The notes under the pieces: generated by a model | Told to the model about the DNA's origin: nothing | Seen by the model: the letters and a program-made list of their open reading frames with translations, nothing else | Databases searched by the model: none | Program-made: the position numbers and the translations under genes | Assembly: GCA_002269645.1 (NCBI GenBank) | Contig: NIVC01003335.1 | Coordinates: 1-36,144 of the forward strand | Source of the DNA: Macrostomum lignano | Lineage: Eukaryota | Direction of reading: 5' to 3' | Length of the DNA: 36,144 nt | Shown: positions 23,472 to 36,144 of the stretch, one piece after another | Position numbering within the stretch: the first letter of the stretch is position 1 | Layout: every line of letters begins with the position of its first letter

Positions 23472-26400
23472 AAACTAAAGCTCAGAGCCATTAATAGGTT
23501 GCTAATAGTAAAGAAGTACCAGTGAAATTTGCAACAATACAACATTAGAAAAGTGATAATCACAGTTTTATTTCATTTTTGTAGGATTCTACCACCTGTG
23601 ATACTAGATAAGAGTGCCACAATGATAGCAGAGTGCTACACTAGGTTTTTTTATCATAGGCATCCCATGACATAACAAAATTAAAAATGGCATAAACATT
23701 TTTTGCCATTATGCCATTGTTAAATTGTCTATATTGAATCCCTAATTCCAAATTTTAGTTTTGCTTTTATCCTGGACTATAACAATGCATTGGCACATAA
23801 GGCCCAAGTGATGTCAAAGTTTTTGTCAGCAACAAACCTGATACTACTGCTGTATCTGCCATATTCACCTGATTTAACATTGGAATTTTTTTCTATTTTC
23901 AAAAATCAAATAGAACTTAAAAGAGAAAAATTTTAATCCTAGGAAAAACTACTAAATATAATAGAAGAAAAACTAGCAAAGATCAATAGAGACCATTTGG
24001 GGGCATGTTGGCATGTTTTTTGCATAGTTTGACAAGATGAAAAAGTGCTAGGATTGCAATGATAGATATTTTGAGAAATGTTAAGATCTATATTTGACTA
24101 CTGATAAAATTTTATGCTAGTATGATATATTAAAATAGTTTTTCTTAGAAACTTATTGAGTAGCCTTTATTTATTTTGCCTTTTATTATTAGGAATCTTA
24201 GGGCATTTCCGCCAATTAGGCACTATCGGAAAATTACACTTCAACAAACAGAAAATGATGAATTGTAGCTTAAGCCAGCTAATTGAAGTCAAACAAGGAC
24301 TTAAACTGAAAAATACAACCACTTTTGCTCAATTTAAAGCTATTTGAAGATTGTTAATCGGCAAAATTAATGTTGAAAAACCATTTTAAACTTACGTAGA
24401 CGCCACTTTTTTGGATGTCCAAACACACAATTTTTAACTTCAACATTGAATAAAAGAGCGAAGAAAACATTCTTTATAGTAATTCTCTTTGTTTCATGAA
24501 AAAAACACATTAAACTTTGTTAAAATCATTCCTTTTCGTCACAAAACCTGCAAGAAGTCATTGATTTTTATCAGTTTTCTTGCTATACCAAAAAGTATAA
24601 ACGGTAAGTTTTTGCATCATTTGTACTCATGTTGTACCCTCTCATTTACTCATAAGGCTTTCAATCTTCACGTTTTTTAGCTTAAATGAAGGAAAACATC
24701 TTTGCGATGATGTATCAGTATATTTTTTAGCAATAGAATTTGCTTAATACATTTTTCTAAGACATTGATTTTTTTTCGATGTGACATCTTAACCACAAGA
24801 TTGTACTCATGTTGTACCCAATAATTTTTTTAGTGCTTTTTATCAGCTGAAAACAATATATTTATGGATTGCCGACATACAGAGCTTCACAAAAAGTGGT
24901 CTGCTGAACTGTAATCTGTCAAAATACCTTAAATATTAACATTTAAATGTAGTAAGCACACTACTTACACGAGATGTATTTTCATGTTGTACCCTTTATT
25001 TTATTTTTGCTAGTTTTTTTCTCAAAATCAGTCTTACAAGACTATCATTAGGTATAAAAGCTGGAAAATAAAACAGTTTCACATTAATTTCTTGTTTATT
25101 TATCAATAAAAATGTAATTTACATTTTGCACTATAGTATGTAGATAGTAATTTACATAGTATTAAATCAATTTTCCCCACATTTATTTGTAATATTGCTT
25201 CAGAAAAACTTTCTCTAGATTGTAGAAGCATATGCATTTCTTGCTGCTTGCAAAGTTGCACTGGAACTTCTGAATAATTACGGTGATCGGCTAGTTACTG
25301 AAAAGTAAAATTAGAGATTTACGTTCGGTATATCGCGCAGAAAAAAACATTTTGACAAAGTTAAAAAATATTGTATGAACTTATGCGCAAAAATAACAAA
25401 ATCTGAATTAAAAAGTTGATTAAAAGCATTAAGAAACAATTAAAAAATTATTGACTGAAAGAAAGTTAATTATAAGCAAGCAATTACGCCTCAATATAAA
25501 ATTTTATTCTCCTACGGTATTAATCGTCTTCTTAGATCAGTATAACTTTTATCGGCAACTTTTATTGTTACCAGAAAATTTCTTGTGCTTCTACAAGGTA
25601 AAAAAAGAAATTTAATAACAAATTCTAGTTAGATTTCCTGTTTTCAACATTTTTCTTCTTCTTTGCACACTCGGACACAATTTGTGTCCCTATTTGGCGG
25701 AAATGCCCCTTAGCATATATTTATCTTGTAAAATTTAAAAATCTTACAAATTATATTTAAGAGTTAAATAAAAAGAAAATAATTCACCTAACTTATTTTT
25801 TCAATTATTTTTCTCAAAAGCCAAGGCAAAGAAGGGCCATAGGCCTAGGCGACAAAAATAAATTCATTTAAAATAAATGATCAAAACCATTGCCAAGAAA
25901 TTAGGGCCTAGTTAAGACCCAAACCATTGCATTGGTATTAGGCCTATCCTAATTGAAAGCACATGAGTTTAGTATGCAAATATAAGCTTGTATATTATTG
26001 ATTAAAATACTAAATTAGATATACTAAAATAAATAAATACTAAAAATATAAATGGCATTGCAAAATTTAAAATAGGCCCTATAAAAAATTAACAGAATAT
26101 TGTGGCATAACTTTGGTTTCCTGCTGAAAATTACTTTCCAGAGTATTTAAACTATCAGTCCAAAAATGGCAGCGTAGGCCTTAATAGTTTGAAGCAAGAA
26201 AGTAAAGCAGATTGCTATATTGCAAATTTGGAAATGCCAAAAAATAATTTAGAATACCAAAAATATTAATGCCTGAATAATTCAGAGAAAAAAATAGAGC
26301 AACAACCCGATGTTATGCCAATATTGTCAGTCAAGCATACGATACAAGGGGTAAGGCCTAGGCCTATTCATACTAGGGCTATTATCACAGAACTCACTTC

Positions 26401-26969
26401 GACAGTTATACTAAAATAAAGTAGTTTAATCTGGGATTAAAATATAGTAAATTTTGACTTAAGACTTCCAAAAAATCAAAAGTGTACAAGATACAAATAG
26501 AAGAAGCACACTTCAGAAGCTGACAAGCACACTTGCTTCAAAAAACTGCCGCGAAATGAAGTAGGAATGGAGAAAAATGTCAAATTAGAAACACAAATGC
26601 GAAAAAACGTTCAGATCAAGTTAATTAGTAATAATAAAAAACGAGAAGAAAATTAATTTTAAATTTCTGCCACTAATTCTAAAGAACTAGATCAGTGAAA
26701 CAAAATTCTCTAATTGCTTACACAAATTTAATAAACTACAGCTTTTATTACAAATAAACCAAGTTTAAGTTGTTTTTATGTTTTCTTATGTTGCTAAGTC
26801 TAAAATCTGTTTTGAAGTTGATGTAACTAGTGATCTTTAAATATTTTAATTTCGTTTAATTTTCCGACGTGCTACATGCAGTTTATAGGATACATGCTGC
26901 AATAATATGCTCAGTGTTTCAGGGGTGAGTCAAACAAACTTTGCTGCTCAGGGCAGAAACGGAAGTATC

Positions 26970-34298
<7,329 letters not shown>

Positions 34299-35116
34299 TG
34301 AATCGCTGTATCTTCTTCTGTTTTGCTTGATATACTGGGCAAAGCTAACTAGAAAAATGCGTTTGTTCTACTATCAGTAGCTAAATTAGCGTTTTTCGTT
34401 GGTTTTCAAAGTGAAGATGGAAAATTATCGATCTGTTGTTGGGGATGCTAAAGTGCGAAAAATGCTAATCATACTACTGAATAAATTAAGTAGACAAGCA
34501 AATATATATATTTCGCAAGTGACACATCTAGAAACGGTTAAATTTAAGTGAATTACTCAACTTTTGTCAACTTTAACTATCTGCAACTTTACTCGAAGGT
34601 GATTATTTTGTAAATCAGCGTTCCACCTTGCGTGTTTTCTGACTGAGTTTTCGCTTACTGATCAATATGTTTTTATTCAACACTTTTCGTACCTTGATAA
34701 AATTCGCTTTTTACTTTGTTCAATGCTCTTCGACACGCTTAAAAATAACAGAACAGTTAAACAAAATCAAAATGTGACTTTGTGCTTCGTATTTTGCTAC
34801 TTTTTTCATAGATTTTTTACATCTCAAACGAAAGAAAAAGAGTGTTGGAGTAGTTTTTTTAATTTAGCGTTGTTTCTCTTTGTTATACTGCCACTGTCCC
34901 AGTCGCTTTCTGCTGTTGCATGACAAATATTAACAAATATTTGTGATATTTTTCGAAAAACGCCCGCTTTTCAAATTTATTATAATACACTGCTGACGGA
35001 ATATTCAATTTTTTACTAATACGATGAGCTCATTTTTCACAAGCCAAACTGACCGCACAGATTTTGGCCGTGTGCTTTTTTGCTTGAAAGCGGTTGAAGA
35101 AAACTTGCTTGAGGAC

Positions 35117-35478
35117 GCCACTTTGAGTATCAGGGGCCACTTTGAGTATCAGGGGCGCCACTTTGAGTATCGAAGCGCCACTTTGAGTATCAGGGGCGCC
35201 ACTTTGAGTATCAGGGGGCCACTTTGAGTATCAGGGGCCACTTTGAGTATCGAAGCGCCACTTTGAGTATCAGGGGCGCCACTTTGAGTATCAGGGGCGC
35301 CACTTTGAATGTCAGGGGCGCCACTTTAAGTATCAGGGGCGCCACTTTGAGTATCAGGGGCGCCACTTTGAGTATCAGGGGCGCCACTTTGAGTATCGAA
35401 GCGCCACTTTGAGTATCAGGGGCGCCAAGTTGAGTATCAGGGGCGCCACTTTGGGTATCAGGGGCGCCACTTTGAGCA
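35117..35478. repeat. 20-21-bp minisatellite CCACTTTGAGTATCAGGGGCG
   Basis: Direct inspection. Confidence 0.95.
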
Positions 35479-36144
35479 CAAAATGTGGTGAAGACTCATC
35501 ACAAGCCACTATTAAATAAATAAAGCTATCAGAAATCCATGGAATCATTTTTAAAAGAGTTAAACATCAATAAATAAGACTTCAAGGAGACTTAAGCGTC
35601 TAAAAATAGTGCACACAATGTATTTCTTGCACTCACGGATATTGCTTGTCACAGATATGATAATAAAAAAGTTGTCAACACGCGACCATGCATTTTATAT
35701 AGGTGTAAAATAAATTTGGAATTGATAAAAATAAACATTTAGGATAAAGCTGTCATGGGGTGCATGGGACTTAGGGACCAAGGCTGCTTATGCACTGTAG
35801 CAGCCAAGATAGAATAAGAAGATATTATTCTAATATTAATAAAAATCACAAACTCAATCCGGAGAATACAAAGTGGAAAAAAAGCTGAGATAAAAATATT
35901 TAAAAATGAAACAGGAATAGAAGCACACCAATATAAAGCATCTCAGATCCAATCTCATTACTAACAGTAGTAATTAATTAGTTAAATTAGGATATTGAAG
36001 GCCAAGCCGGGTTTTTAAACCTATCTGAACTAACTCAAGCCAGCTGATATAAAATATTATAAACATTCGTGACTCTACTCATAGTGGTAAGATGTTATGA
36101 AGCTTTGAATTTCAGCATCTTTGCAAAAGAGATTTCGATAATAA

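Noticed and set aside
26907-26969. Upstream ATG (26907) and a strong-looking donor GTGAGT (26925) before the EFCAB6 ATG at 26970
   Set aside because: The implied 27-nt intron is too short. CTCAG at 26947-26951 may be a cis or trans-splice acceptor, but this cannot be resolved without transcripts.

Overview
Eukaryotic animal genomic DNA with spliceosomal GT-AG introns, very GC/CpG-rich exons, AT-rich intergenic DNA and introns packed with 15-45 bp minisatellites. This style suggests the flatworm Macrostomum lignano or a relative (inference only). Three protein-coding genes are supported. (1) An intronless minus-strand Ig-superfamily type I membrane protein (signal peptide, 7 Ig, FN3 plus a degenerate FN3, TM; nephrin/echinoid-like) at about 1054-4729, broken by at least two single-base frameshifts. 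(2) A 5-exon minus-strand PP4 regulatory subunit 3 (SMEK/PPP4R3) gene, 11376-20594, about 964 aa. (3) A 5-exon plus-strand EFCAB6-like multi-EF-hand gene, about 26970-34298, about 1520 aa, with one frameshift. The rest is tandem arrays, two copies of a 0.3 kb TIR/TSD element, a 200 bp hairpin and a foldback array. The most striking structure is that internal exons of both spliced genes are bracketed by reverse-complementary tandem arrays. In PP4R3 the arrays lie about 20 nt from the exon 3 acceptor and exon 4 donor. This is the layout expected for pre-mRNA pairing that drives back-splicing, exon skipping or editing, here built from minisatellites rather than SINEs. No prokaryotic features, CRISPR arrays, tRNA or rRNA genes were seen.
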